NCBI RefSeq assembly: GCF_009914755.1
Contig: NC_060931.1
DNA length: 64,000 nucleotides
From: the human T2T-CHM13v2.0 reference genome, Homo sapiens
Strand: one strand, 5' to 3'
The notes under the pieces were generated by a model. The model saw only the letters and a list, made by a program, of their open reading frames with translations. It ran no database searches and was not told the DNA's origin. Numbering within the stretch: position 1 is the stretch's first letter; every line of letters starts with the position of its first letter. Positions 1-16,989 of this stretch are shown in pieces. A program made the translations under genes and the position numbers.

Positions 1-960
1 ACACTTCTCGGGACACAGAACTTTTCTTTTTGCAAAGTAAGGAGCTCCCATCATTCCTGAGATAGTCTCCACCTGCCACCCTGTTCCTCTCCAGTACTGT
101 ACACTGTAAACATGCCAAGCCGGATGCCACTCCCCAGACAGCTTCACGACTGCAAGCATCACATGGTCTGTGCCTACAACGCTTTTCATTTCTGGGCCAT
201 CCCTGCAAACTTGAAAACCCAACCTCCTCTGTGAATCTTGTGCTCTCTCTCCTCCAAGCAGAGTGGCTAGCCTGCTTCTCGCCCGCTCAGCGTACTTCTC
301 CCCTGCACCATCTCCCTCTGCTGTAAATATCTAGACTGTCAGGTCTCTGAGGGCAGGACCACATGCTATTTCCCTGTGTATCCTCAGTGCTGACCATAGT
401 GACCTGGATACAGCATGCACTGGATGATGGGAGGAAGGAAGAAGAGGGGAGGTGGGTAAAGAGAGAGATGATGATGCCTAAATTATCATCTGCTATGCAT
501 ACTGTAGAAGGAACTCTGATACTGAGAGGAATGTTGATTTCAATGAACTTATTCTACACAGACATGAATTACTGTGGCCTTCATTAAGGTTATTTTATGT
601 ATGTTTAACAATCCATTTATTGTTATTTAGCTGTTTAGAAACAGTCCCAATATTTTGCTTTTACTCATATATATGTCAGTATTTAGCAGTGTAAATAAAG
701 TCTAAGTTTTTATACTAAAAACCATCTTTCAAAGTTACTGAGACGCCTGCAGAAAATGTGTCCACAGCATTTCACTGCAGTTTGGAATAACTCTGTATCA
801 TTAAAACAAGCACAGGGGCCTCTACTGGCAAAACTACCCAGCAACACTTTATAAGCCTTTATGTTAGAACGCTGAATATCAGAAAGTGAAGTGAGTCTCC
901 AAACTTTCCCTAATTCAGACAAGACTTTACCTTAATTACTAATTAGTACCAATAAGGGAA

Positions 961-1364
<404 letters not shown>

Positions 1365-2095
1365 TAGGCGAATACATCTGGGAACTACAGAGCCATTGCT
1401 AACAACGCTCATTACTATTCAGAATGATCACCATCAGGCACATCAGCACCTTTCCCTCCGACAATGGAACCAACACCCGAGCCACAGAGCTGGGCTCTGC
1501 TGCTGCATAGGGCACCGACTCAGTACCGGCACATCCCGGCTGTCCTTGCTGTCTCCCCATTCTTCCCCAAAGTGGGGCCTATCAGCACACTGCCAAACTC
1601 ACCTCCCCAGCAGCCTGGTTCCTTTAGTCCCACTTTCTATCCTGGACTACTGCCCTGAGGGACAACAGAATGGTTTCTGGACTCTTTGGACACCAAGGCC
1701 AACCCGGGCTGCCGTAGGGGCAAGGCCTAAAGAAGGAGCCTGCAGCCTCCACACCGTGGGTGTCAGGGTCATGTGCGTGTGAACTGCCAGCCCCGTTTCG
1801 TTGTGTTACTACAGAGAGAAACACAGTGGACCTTCTCTAGCATGAGAGCACCATAGTCTAGGAGGAGTGAAGGAAGGTCTTTATTTCATGAGACTTAAAA
1901 AAAAAAATAGCTTCAAGATATAGTTTTAGAAACATAAGCAGACATCTTGTGGTCTGACAACAATTCATAAATCAGATCTTAAAACTGATTTTAGCAGATC
2001 TTTTCTATAAAATGCTGTATTTATAAAATGGAAAAAAGGCAGGATGGTGCAGCAAATTGGCCAAGCACAGATTGCATATTGACTTCATCTGACAC

Positions 2096-2895
<800 letters not shown>

Positions 2896-3191
2896 TGAGA
2901 AATAAGATGTCTGGTGGCTACTCTTGATTTGAGGCTGTTTGTACATAGGGTCTAATTTTCAAAATAAAATCTTCTTTGCTTGTTTTGCCAGTTCTTTCTT
3001 ATATTTGAACTAATTAGAGGGGAAATAAAATGGCAAAATTCAAACTAAATTCTTGCTGCCTCCAAGATTCCTCAGCCATGAGGGAGAAGGATGCTGTTTC
3101 TTAGGAAGAATCATCCGGATTCTGAGTATAGGGCAAAGGCCGCCAAATCCTAGGCCCCATTTTGAAGCCTGGTTAACTTATTAGAAAGAAT

Positions 3192-3451
3192 TCATACCTG
3201 TAATCCCAGCACTTTGGGAGGCCAAGGCAGGAGGATCACTTGAGCCTAGGAGTTTGAGACCGGCCTGCAACATAGAAAGACCCCTGCCTCTACAAAAAAT
3301 AAAAAATTAGCCAGGTGTGGTGACACATGCCTTTAGTCCTAACTACCTGGGAGGGTGAGGGAGGAGGATGGCTTGAGCCCAGGAGGTGAAAGCTGCAGTG
3401 AACCAAGATCATACCCCTGCACTCCAGCCTGGGCGACAGAGCGAGACCTTG

Positions 3452-3482
<31 letters not shown>
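3192..3482 (+). mobile_element. AluJ, slightly 5'-truncated
   Basis: gaggatcacttgagcctaggagtttgag (J-type) and a long A tail. Confidence 0.85.
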
Positions 3483-3486
<4 letters not shown>

Positions 3487-4789
3487 TTACCCAACACTCA
3501 CTATCCCCACAATAAGCCTGGAGTTCATAACCTGGGAAGAAGATAGAGGAAAAAGAAAACTCTTGAGAGCTCACTCAGTGCCCACAGTTTCACGTTCACC
3601 TTCAGAGCGGCCCCTGGGGAAACAGTAACGGATGGTAATGAGACAGGGCTCAGAGTGCATGTTAAACTTTCTAAGCTCAGCTCTGCCCAGGGGAGCTTTC
3701 CGACCTGCAGAGCCTTCTTTCCACCCTATCCCACGCCACCTTCCACAGGAGAGGCCCCACACTCACCCGTTCCACAGACAAAAGAAACGCACACCTGCCC
3801 CAAGGAGGGGACTTAACTAGGACAACAGGATTCAATGTTTACCAGGCTAACAAGAAAAATGCCGAACAAGCCAGGAACCAATAACTAAGTGTCAAACAGA
3901 CCTGCAAGGCCCAATGTGGCTTGCTTCACAGGAAGAGGCACACAAGCACCTCTTAGAACCCCTGCATTGAAACACTCCCACAAATTCCCCCAGGATGCAG
4001 ACGGGAGATGCCCTGCAGTCACTCCTGGCCTCCAGAACTGGGAGGGGCTCAAGCTCTGGCCCAGTGCGAAGGCAAGAGGCCTCTATTCCTGGCTACGAGA
4101 ATCAATAGAAACTCATGGACTTCTAGAGAGCCTTGCCAAAGATCTCGAAACTCAGGAACCACGTAGGGAGCCCTACTGTTCACCACTGTATGTTGCCCTC
4201 TGGGCTTGGCAGAAATGTACCTAAGTGCAATACCAAGGGGCAAATAAGAAGCCAAACTGTGGAAAATGAACAGGGGAGCAGCGGCAGTTCTTGGAGTTGG
4301 GGAAAAGAGAGAAAACGTGTTTTTTAACATGAAAATGTTTGTCTAGAATTGAGAATGCAAAGAAATGCCCAGAAAGCACTGGCGAGCTGCAGGAGAAGGG
4401 TGACAACACAGTCTGTAGCGAGAACAGAGAGTTCGCAGAGCCTGGGCGTGTGCCTGCTTCCATTCCCGCCCACCCACAGTTTCTGGGGCAAACAAATTCT
4501 TGGCTGAGCAGGTATGTGTGGGAGGCCTGATTTATTTTCCAACCATTAGAGCTTTGCCCAGAACTACTTAATCAGGATTTTTCAAGGTCATACATTCAAA
4601 TATGATGTTATAGCCTTACGAAACAAATAACTTTGGGGTCTATGGGGCAGGAGGGTAGGGAGTGACAAGAAGGGGAAGGAGAAATTAACCACTCTCATTT
4701 GATCTAGCTTCCCAACCATTCTTGTATCTACTATATATTCTCAGAAAATTGACACACTGGACAAATGCATAGCTCAAAGAAATAATAGC

Positions 4790-4975
4790 TAATTATAATG
4801 CTTACTCTAAAGCAGGCACAATTCTAAATGCTCTGTATATATTGACTTATTTGACCCTCACAAGAATCCTTTAAGGGGGATACTAATATTATTGTCCTGC
4901 TTATTTTACAGATGCATGAAGAGGTTAAGTGACTCACCCAAGGAACAACAGCCGGGTGGTGCACCCAGATAGTTT
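4790..4975. mobile_element. MIR fragment
   Basis: attttacagatg...gaggttaagtgactcacccaagg MIR core. Confidence 0.6.
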
Positions 4976-7280
4976 GTGCATTCCCACTCTGCTATACTCC
5001 CTCTCTGTGCTCTGCCGTCCTGTCCCTCAAAAGAGCTTGTTTCAGTCATGGTATATCTAATTAATTTTCCCAGTGCGGTAGAGTTTTATTTAAGCTACTT
5101 TCTTGAAAGGAATACTATCAGAGCCAGTCTCAACCTCAAAGTACAGATGAGACAGTACCAACCCTGCTGCTTAAAAAGCCATATAATTTTAGGAGGGCTG
5201 GAAAAGTCCCAAGGCTCAAACCACAATTCACTCTCACACAGAGCCTGATTAGAAGCAGTTCTAGGCAAAGCTTTGATCCTGTTAAAATGTACAAGCTTCT
5301 GGGAGGCGTTCACTTTATGCTGTTATCGCTTTGTAGGAAAAGTTGCATTGTTATCTTTCTAAATACAGTTTAATGATAAGAACTTCAGGTGGTTTCCAGG
5401 CATCTGATTCACCTGTCCAGTTCTGACTTGTTCCCTGCTGGGTACCTGGAACTCTCCAGGACCTGGCACATAAATAAGTGCTCAATATTGCCAGCGTGGG
5501 CGAACAAACGAATGAATGAATGGCTGTCATTCCTGCAGATGCTAGGTTTAGGGCAAACCTATGACACACGTAGGTATCACAGGGGCAGCCAAGTTAGGCA
5601 AAATTATCACATTAAAAGTCTAAATGTGAACAAGTAAATCTCCGCCAGATAGTAACAGCTGAAAGAGACCTCAGGCATGTTTAAGTTGTATATGTAGAGA
5701 ATGGTCTTTTTAAAGATTATATTTTAAAATGCATATGCAGCAGAGCTAATATACCTAATGAAGAAGGTAATAAATGGCTTAAGAAGGAAGTGATGTCTAT
5801 GTAATTTCCCCCTAAAATTATACTCTCCCAATAGGTAACGTGCCCTAGGACATCACCTTTTCTCCCAACAGTCTCCTATCCAAGTCCTCTGTGTACTCAA
5901 AGTCCTCCCCAAATGCCTTCTTTTCCAGGAAATGTTCCCTGGCTTTCTGGCCAGAAGAGGTCACTCCCCAGTTTGTACTCAAAGGTACTTTGTTCTTTCT
6001 TCTTGTACACAATTCATTTTCTGAACTGTAGTTATTTTTCTCATGTGCACTACCAACTTGTCCCTAACTTCTTCCCTGTATTCCACAGGGAACCACACAT
6101 TCTTCCCAATGTAAACCAAGCATCTAGTAAAAATCAGGCTGTTTTTTAAAAGACTCCTGTGGAAGTGCTCCAAGGATACCACAAACATCTGTTTCTGATG
6201 TTCAAATATGTTTTGGATATTTTTTAAGCTTTAATTTAAGAAAACAACCTGAAATGGTTTATATGCAAACTTTTCACGCACTGCAGATCTCTGCTCATGA
6301 ATGAGATGTGTGCCAATAAACCCGGCCAGGCCGGGCAACCTCGCAGCCCTCACAGGAGGCTGCTCTGCCCGCTCTGTGCTTGCTCACATGTGAACTTCTC
6401 CTAAGTGTGACATTGGTGAGGGAAGCTGTAGCCCCAGCTCGGCCCTGTGAGAAATACCTGCCTGCAGCGTCTGCTCTCCTAAAGTTGTTCAAGCAAGCAC
6501 ATGAATACAAAACCACACCCTAGCGTGGGCTTCGATTAAATGCCAGGCAAGGCTCAGGGCCATCTGTACGGCCTTGCTTTCATGGCACCATAAAGTCCTT
6601 TGTGATAATATCCCACTTGAGAGAGAGTAAATATTTATTCTAAGAATTAGATGTTTCCTGTATGACTAGATTTATGATAAGGAATGTGAGCAACTGTTTC
6701 CTAAGTTCAGTTACAGGGTTTCTCTTACAGCTTTGAAACAAATACTCCCTACCTTCCACGAGCTGAACTAAAATGTATCCTGGGATCCTAAGGCAAGGTA
6801 TTTAAACCAAACCAAAAACTCTGTTATAGTTTGCAAACAATTTTCTATAAAAACAGACTTTAAAAATATCCTGCATTTAAAGCAAAGTATACAATTTTAT
6901 TAACGAAAGAAGATGATGTGAATATAGCCATGATAAGTTAACAACACCTGACTTAAAATGTTTTCTGTCTTCGTAACAGCCTCATTGTTCTTACTGACAC
7001 GGCAGTAAATAAACTTCATGAACGTAAACTTCAAAGAGTTTATCCTAGTAAGATAGCACTTTATCTGTTTTACATGGTAGAGTTTCATGTAAGATTTCAG
7101 TTAATGAAAGGATTCACTGCTTCCCAAAAGTTTGAAAACTTCTCTTAATGTTCCTCAAACATCAGTCTGTAGAATGACTGTAAGACACCTGGAGAAGATG
7201 TTTTCATACACGTGTTCCTGGACCATTTTCCTCAGTAATTTCCTTGTAATAGGTACAAAGGTAAGAATCTAAACTTAGGC

Positions 7281-7323
7281 AAAAAAAAAAAAAAGAAAGA
7301 AAGAAAGAAAGAAAGAAAAGAAA
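7281..7323. repeat. A-run plus (GAAA)n microsatellite
   Basis: aaaaaaaaaaaagaaagaaagaaagaaagaaagaaaagaaa seen directly. Confidence 0.9.
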
Positions 7324-7450
7324 CCACTAATCTAATACCATATTCACAGAGTTTATTTAACTCTGTCTTAAAATTTCACTGACAATCAATAGCCAGAGCA
7401 TCAGTGTGGCTTCTAGAATCTCACTTTATTTAAAATTTGGACAAAGATGA

Positions 7451-7851
<401 letters not shown>

Positions 7852-7865
7852 TGAGAACCATTAAT

Positions 7866-8073
7866 ATTTTTTAAATTTAATTTAAAGTTCTGGGATACAC
7901 GTGCAGGACATGCAGGTTGGTTACACAGGTAAACGTGTGCCATGGTGATTTGCTACACCTATCAACCCATCACCTAGATATTGAGCCCCACAAGCATTAG
8001 ATCTTTTTCCTGATGCTCTCTCCCCCACCCCCAGAGTATGTTATTCCCCTCCCCTGTGTCCATGTGTTCTCAC
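7866..8073 (-). mobile_element. 5'-truncated older L1PA 3' end (about L1PA7-PA10)
   Basis: gttctgggatacacgtgcagga...gtgtgccatggtgatttgc...gtgtccatgtgttctca; TSD agaacca(t/c)taat at ~7854 and ~8077. Confidence 0.8.
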
Positions 8074-9512
8074 TGCAGAACCACTAATTTTTAACAGTAG
8101 TCACTGAATATCTCCTCCCACACTAAGCTACACTTCCCAGAGGCCTCTGCAGTTCTGAACTCTTTACAGTTTAAAAACAGTTTCCTTGCTTAAAAATATG
8201 GAAGTAAAACAGCAGTTGAGCAGAATCACGGATTTTTCAGACACAAAGATACTCTGAAATGCAACTACTCTATGCTGATTTTTTCAGATAAGGGAAATAT
8301 ATTTAAGAAACAAGAAATATACACAAGATGAAACAGGTTGTTGGCAAAGTGAGAACTCAGTAGCCAGGTTTCCATGGTTTACTAAATAAAGAGATATAAG
8401 TTCAAATTCAGATTCTTCCACTCCCTAGCTGTAGGCTCCTGATCCAATCTTATGAGCCCCAATTTCCTTATAAACAGGAATAATACAGTATGTGTGAATA
8501 TATTATTCCTGTTTATACCCATAAGGATTGTTAAGTAAATTGAATTGAAGACACTTAACTGTCTTCTACAATAGTGCCTGACTCCAAGTAGTAAGCACAC
8601 AATAAATGTTGGTTGTAGTTATAAACAGATTTTTGTTGTGGTTTTAGAAAAAAAGAGGAACATTCCCCATGTATGAGGTATGTCTAACCTGAGACCTTTG
8701 TGTTTTGAAGGCAGAGACTGAAGGAATTAGGTGCTGGAGCCCAGAGCTGCAAGTGTGAAGGTTGTGGGCCTGTGGGAACACAGCTGGAAGTGACTCAATC
8801 CCTGGGGTTGGTTTCCCCAAAACTGGGAGGGGAAGGGATTAGGGTCCCATGAAGAGAAAAGCCCTGACCCACTCACACACCTGCAGGAGGCAGGATTCCA
8901 GATGAAAGTGTTGTCAGAGTGGAGACCTCAGTGAACACAGGCTTGGGGGCACTCTGCAGAAACCCCCTGCAAAGCACTAACAGAGGTTCCCTTCTGAGAG
9001 GACGCCAGGGGACTGGGCCAGGGACATGAACAGAGCAACCACAAATGGAGCGGGGTCAGGAGTCCCTCTTCCCCTCTGGTGGAGGGAGGGATCCCAACAA
9101 CGAGAGTGGGTTTCCCACACACTCTGAAAAGCGGGAACCCTCATCAGATTCTATTTGATTCAGAAAAATGATTTAAATCAGGTTTAGCCTAAGGTCACGC
9201 AGCTAGTAACAGCAGAGCAAGGATTCAAAGCCAAGTCTGTCTGACTCCAAAGCCCTCACTCCTGTTGCCCATGCTGCCTCTGTGTGAGCAAACTTGTTCA
9301 AGCATGAGTTCCACCAACTATAGATCACCAGTAGTGTCTTCTCAGTATGCAGTTTTTCAATTAAAAATATTTTCTAACTAAAAAGTTTTTGGTTTTTGGA
9401 AGGACTATTTGGATGGGCTCTAAACCAAGGGGTTGTATTTACAATGGCTTCCCTCTATTAAAGTTAGGAGAAAAGACTCTACAGTGAAGATTCTGTATTT
9501 TTTAAAATGCAG

Positions 9513-9938
9513 TGGTAAATAAAATTTATAGTAGTCCAGTGGTTTGGACTGAGCTCCTGCACTAGGCCCCAGAGACCAAACCAAAATGGAGTCGCTCAGG
9601 CTGAAATCCCAAGCCACCAAGTCAAAACTAAGTTGTTCCAAGAAATCAGGAGAGAGAGAGAGATAAGAGCCAAATCTCCAAAAAGGCCAGTTTTAGCTGG
9701 CATGATAAGGAAGTCCCCTCTGCTTTAACCTTTGTAAGGAAAACAACTTCGAAATGACGAATAACTTTTTGTTCACTGTTTTCTTCAGCCCTTTTCTGCC
9801 TATAAAACCAACCTCCTCTGCTCGGCTCATCGTAACACCCACTGTATTTTATAGAATGAGGTGTTGCTGTACTTTAGAACAGCAAATAAAAGCCAATTAG
9901 ATCTTTAAGCTAATTTTATGGCATTTTGTTTTTTGACA
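9513..9938 (+). mobile_element. ERV1-class solo LTR (LTR54/MER34C-like)
   Basis: TG...CA ends, ggactgagctcctgcactaggcccc...aaaatggagtc motif, internal TATAAAA and AATAAA; near-TSD gcag/gcgg; subfamily uncertain. Confidence 0.65.
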
Positions 9939-10529
9939 GCGGGTCAGTCTTCAATACCTCCAGAGATATGTTTAAACCAGATACAAGAAACAAATTTCTA
10001 AAGAAATGAATCCACCTGAGTGAAAGAAGGACGGTCATACTTCTAGGTGTCCTCGTTCAGATGAAGTACTGGCAGTAAGTCAGGCAACCAGCCAGTTACG
10101 CTGGTGAACAATGCTGGCCCTCCACATACCTCGGTTTTTAGTGGACAATCTGATAGAAGCAAGAGTCCTGTTATATCCAGATAGGGGGGGCCTTGACAAA
10201 GAATCGCTGAGGGACTAATTTATTTGATGTAAGCCAAATAACTTTTTCATTTTCAAATTACAGCTATTAACAAATGTCAGATTTATACAAATGAACTTAA
10301 TGCCACATCCCCCCAAAAATGGTTTTAAATTAAGATATATTTTCTAGTTTTGAGATGAATGACTTGAGCATGTGTGAAAAGATCCTAAAAGGATTCCTTC
10401 TTGTACTGCTAGAGGTGAATGCCAAAAGTGAAAGGCCACAACATCCCAATGAGTGAGGGGATTCTTGTGGGCTTCTTGCCTAGGACAAAGACTTCAGCAG
10501 GGTTACCTATACTAAAGACTTGCTGGTAA

Positions 10530-10667
10530 GCGAACAGCACTCCCACTGTGTAGGAGCTTCTGGGAAATGCAGAGCCTCAGGGCTCCATCCCAGAGCCACT
10601 AAATCAGAATCTTTTAACAAGATGCCCCAGGGTTCTCCATGCAGGGTAAAGTTTGAGAAGCACTGCA
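10530..10667. mobile_element. MER5A-like hAT-Charlie DNA transposon remnant
   Basis: gaaatgcagagcctcaggg...aaatcagaatc...ttaacaagatgccccagg...aaagtttgagaagcactg. Confidence 0.7.
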
Positions 10668-11550
10668 CTTCAGTACCTTAAGTAAATGCAGATGCACTGT
10701 GTTTAAGTGTGATCAGTCTTCTGTTCTGTGATTTCAATCATCTATCAGAGCTTTCTTATAAACTAAATGTTCCTTAAATATTTCCAAGGAAGAGACCGGC
10801 TATTACTCTCCCTGGAAAAATGAGCTGATGTTCATCAATCTATAAAACACTGACTCCACATAAGCTGTGTCACAGGCAATAATTTCCTTGATATATACTA
10901 GTACCATCAATGCTTTATTTTTATTTTTTTGTTTCTGATTGTCCCCAAATGACAGAAACTCTTAGAATTTAAAAAAAAAATCCTAAACTTAAAAAAAAAA
11001 AATTAAAAATTCTATTTCACCTTTTACCACCGTTTCTCCTTTTATATCAAGTAATCAATGGTGGGTTAATGACTTCTTAAATATATTAATAAGGAGTTGT
11101 AGATGAATAAAATCTATAAAACAGAAACATACTTTGATAACAAAATCGTATCTTCCAATCACCTCAAGCTTCTTGCAATTTTTCTATGTCTAAATCAGAT
11201 TTCTAAACCAGACCCTCCTTAGAACAAGAGACAAACTTTATTTTCTCTAGTCTCAGATTCCCAGGGTGGCTGTAAGTAAAGGGGAAGAATACTTAGAGTT
11301 TACTATTTAGATAAAACTTACAGATATTTTCAAAAAATAGAATACCTTCTCCAACCACAAAAGTTTAAAAAGTCTCAATTACAGGAAAATTCTGTACTTT
11401 CAAATTCCAAACAAATTTTAAGTTATGTTTAGGTGTGTATGAACTGGGGACACCAAAGGAGGACAACTGGATTATCTAAATAAATAAATATTACCACAAA
11501 CAATAAAGGGAGTACTTGAGTGCACATTTACTTTAAAAAGTAGCTTTATC

Positions 11551-11884
<334 letters not shown>

Positions 11885-11950
11885 CTATACTACATTGAAA
11901 ACAAGTATCCCATTCAATAAAAATATTAATGAGTCACTCCTATATGGTAA

Positions 11951-12424
11951 TGTGGCATATTATCTTGGTGTCCCCAAGGAATCATGCCTACTGGTGATCA
12001 CACCCATGGTCGTGCCCTCCCACACCAACTCTGGACTGGACCAGTGGGACATTAGAAAGCATGATGCAAGCAGAAGCTTCATGAATGCTTGCATACTAGG
12101 TGAGACACGTCCAATAAAAGTATCTCTCAGAATATCTAGTGATATTCAGCTGCCCTATTAAAAAGACTAAGCAAGCCATGTAGATAGAGAGGTCAAAACC
12201 TCTCCACTATCCCCATTAAGGTGTTGGACATGTGAACTGTCTTGGATATTTCAGCCCCAGTCACTATCTTACTGTAACCACTCTAGATAATCAGAGAGAC
12301 CAGCAGAAGAACCATCCACCTGAGCCCTAGCCAACTCACAGACTAATGAGCAAATAAAATGATAGTTGTATGAATGTGGTAAGTTTTAGGGTGGTGTGTT
12401 ATATAGTAATAGACAATCCAAACA
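11951..12424 (+). mobile_element. MLT1 (F/G/H-like) MaLR solo LTR
   Basis: ccagcagaagaaccatccacctgagccc...aaataaaatgatagttg...taagttttagggtggtgtgttat...aaaca MLT1 3' end. Confidence 0.65.
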
Positions 12425-12776
12425 ACTAGGAAACGGTATCTGCCTTAGAATGCAAGAGACTTCAAATAAGTCTAGGTTTATTTAGATTTTTAAATTCTTT
12501 TGTAGATTTTTTTTTCTACTTTCTGTTTATGACCTACAAAAGATAAGCTCATACTTAAGAGAACATTAAATGGTCTAAGGAGGGAGTCATTATAATCTAC
12601 TTGAAATAATGCTGCATTTTACATTAGTACAGCATTTTCTATCTATTATGGCTTATCAAATGCACACTAACTTCTAAGGCAGAGATTCTTAATTTGGGGG
12701 GAGCAGGGGAGAATTCCCTCTGAGAATCCAAAAAAAAAAAAAAAAGATAATGGTCCCAGAAACACATAACTACATA

Positions 12777-12928
12777 TTTTTTTAAATTTATTTTTATTTT
12801 TTGTTTTTTTTAAGAGATAGGGTCTGGCTATGTTGTCCAGGCTCATCTTGAACTCTTGGGCTCAAGCAATACTCCCACTTCAGCCTCCCAAGTAGCTGGG
12901 ACTATAGATGTGCACCACCATTCTTAGC
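12777..12928 (-). mobile_element. FLAM/AluJ monomer
   Basis: Single Alu arm with T-rich tail. Confidence 0.75.
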
Positions 12929-13515
12929 TTTATATATGTAGTTTTAAGGAAGACCATCTATGAACGCCAGGTTAAGAATCTATGTTTTCTAGGGAAACAG
13001 GTCTTACTAGCCTAGTAACACTGATAAGTAAACAGAATTCTCTGGAAAATGACCTACCTAAGCTTATACAGCTAGTAATTGATAGGACCAGCAATCTAGT
13101 CTGTCAGAGGATATACCACTAAACTCTTCTTTCTAACTTTAGTTTACAGTCAAAATGGGATTGCTGAACCTGGGAAAAAAATAAATGCTTCCCAATTTCC
13201 TATTTAAACAGTGTAAGAATTGGGGGTGGCATTTGAAGGTGGGAGAAGAAGGGCAAACTTGTTAGTTTACTAGTGTGAGCGGTAGATTTTTATGCCAACT
13301 GGAATCACTGAGATTAACCTTATGGACAGACTGTAGACTGGAGATTAAAGTCCACACTTGAATTTGGACGATACAATGCGCAACAAGCACAAAACATTCC
13401 ATTATTTTTTCAATGGTTTACTCATACTTGATCCTCTTATTCCCTATCTACTTCAAATTACTTAGAAAAATCTGTATATACACAATATGAGAGAGCTTCT
13501 TTATATTATTTTTAA

Positions 13516-13989
<474 letters not shown>

Positions 13990-14485
13990 TAGAGATGATT
14001 ACCAAGTTACATCTTCCCCTTTTCCATATCTGTGGGAAATATACCCAACACAGTGCTACAGACTACCAAAGCTGGAGTCCTGGTGCACTTCCTCATTTCT
14101 GACCTGACAGCTACCACACTTGGACCAAAGACAGTAGGCCATCTGAGAACCCACACAGGCACTTGGCAAGTCTATAAAATGACTTGCAGACCAGTGGGGA
14201 TATCCATCTCCAATCTCAGCCTTTGACTGGAAAATTCCAATGTACAACAAGTTTTTGAAAAGATAAAAAATATATATTTTTACTATTTCTCTGTCTCTCT
14301 TGCCTCCATCTCCACTCATTCAAGCTTTACCCACTTTTCTGCTTTCTGCACAACTGCCACCTTTTGCATTAAAACTTCCCATAAACCATACCTTGCCTAG
14401 CGCAATCTCTGGGAGAAAGAAGTGAACTCCCACAGCACTCCATCTTTGCTGCTCCAACAGTGCCATCATTTTCCACCCTACACGG

Positions 14486-14818
<333 letters not shown>

Positions 14819-14944
14819 TAAGCAACATGAGCATAGGATTTGTGTGGTTTCATCTTTCTTCTAGTGCCTAGCATCCTGCACATACACTATGTGTGTCTGT
14901 GTGTCTGTGCATATAGCCTGGAAAAGCATGTAGACACACACCCA

Positions 14945-15170
14945 AATTTACCAAGCACTACTATGCCCAGGCACTATCTCTTACCTACACTGTTGCAAAA
15001 ATCATCCATCTTCACAAAGTCTCCTTCAAGTAGTCATTATCATCATTCCCATTTTGCAGAATAGCAAACTGAAATTTAGAGAGGTTAATACTTGGCCAAA
15101 ATCACAGAGATAGTAAATGGCAGAGCTGAGACTGAAATCCAAGCCTGACCAATTAAGAGCCAAGGCACTT
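14945..15170. mobile_element. MIR
   Basis: attcccattttgcaga...aaactgaaatttagagaggttaa...ttggccaaaatcacaga...agtaaatggcagagctg. Confidence 0.65.
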
Positions 15171-15333
15171 AATAATAAATTTAATACCCATTCGATATGT
15201 CATTTAGTGAACAGCATTTCTATACAAGGTACTAGAATGAGAACGTTAGGAATGAAGATAGCCCAAGGTCAACAACTATAATATAACTATACGACAAAGG
15301 AGAAAGAGCAAAGTCCAAGAAAAGAGTGCATAA

Positions 15334-15780
15334 CTATTCACAATAGCAAAGACTTGGAACCAACCCAAATGTCCAACAATGATAGACCGGATTAAGAAAA
15401 TGTGGCACATATACACCATGGAATACTATGCAGCCATAAAAAATGATGAGTTCATGTCCTTTGTAGGGACATGGATGAAATTGGAAATCATCATTCTCAG
15501 TAAACTATCGCAAGAACAAAAAACCAAACACCGCATATTTTCACTCATGGGTGGGAATTGAACAATGAGAACATATGGACACAGGAAGGGGAACATCACA
15601 CTCTGGGGACTGTTGTGGGGTGGGGGGAGGGGAGGGATAGCATTGGGAGATATACCTAATGCTAGATGATGAGTTAGTGGGTGCAGCGCACCAGCATGGC
15701 ACATGTACATATGTAACTAACCTGCACATTGTGCACATGTACCCTAAACCTTAAAGTATAATAATAAAAAAAAAAAAAAA
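15334..15780 (+). mobile_element. 5'-truncated L1PA2/L1PA3 (ORF2 C-terminal remnant, 3'UTR, poly-A)
   Basis: ORF 15379-15561 (...IKKMWHIYTMEYYAAIKNDEFMSFVGTWMKLE...GGN*) matches the L1 ORF2 C-terminus; GAG rather than ACA/ACG at the Ta-diagnostic site; 17-bp TSD aagaaaaga(g/c)tgcataa at 15317-15333 and 15780-15796. Confidence 0.93.
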
Positions 15781-16474
15781 AGAAAAGACTGCATAAATGC
15801 TAAGGATGCTCACAGGAGTATGAGATCACTTTTTGGGGGAATGGAGGTAGAGAGGGGTAGGAGTAAAGATAATCATGAAGAAGATGGCACTGAGTTGCAG
15901 CTTGGATTTGAACAAGCAGAAATGAGAGGTAACAATATGTTAAAGATTAAACTGGGCTCACCTTAGTATTCTTCCTAAAGCAGCAAAGTGGGCTAATATA
16001 TTACGTTCAGTTATATTATCCTTGATAGCAAAGACAATTTCATATACTTGTTTTTATGCAACATTCACATTCTGGAAACATCCAGTAAATATTTACTGAT
16101 TGAGAAAGGAGGAGAAAAGGGGGCAAGGTGGGTGAATAAGAAATATTAAATATTTCTTTGAATACTTAATTAGTTCAAACACACAGTTTGTTCCACATGC
16201 AGTCTGGTTTTACAATATATGTGAATTAAATCCTTCTAGTCACTAACAATCTTTCACTAAGTTGTATGTATTCTCTGCCCATAATACTGGAAGAATCTAG
16301 GTGAAAAAAAAATTGCCCAGTTTTTTCTCTGCCCAATTTTAAATCTTCATGTGTCCAGCGATGTCTGCATTCAAAGTGATTAGGCCAAATCACTGTCTTA
16401 CCAGTTTTACTCCCAAAACTAAGTACAAATCCATTTTAATCTATTTATCTGTACATCAAAAGATTTTTCTCTAG

Positions 16475-16792
<318 letters not shown>

Positions 16793-16989
16793 TAAAAAGG
16801 TAAAATTAACAAAAGGTGCCCATCTACGTAAAAAAGTCAAAAGGAACCATCTACCTGCAAGGCAGCATGAATAAAAATGTAAAGGCAAACTTAACTGTTA
16901 AAATAACATATCAGCTCTGAGTCTAAAGGAAAACGGGTGTTTGTCTAAGAAATGTGCTAGAGAGAACCAGCCAGTTTTAATGTGCCTTA

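Noticed and set aside
6321-6335. Perfect inverted repeat cccggcc-a-ggccggg
   Set aside because: A 7-bp stem with a 1-nt loop is too short to indicate a structured RNA or cruciform.
15379-15561. ORF with genuine protein similarity (L1 ORF2 C-terminus)
   Set aside because: Remnant of a ~450-bp 5'-truncated L1 with no promoter or RT/EN domains; not a functional CDS.
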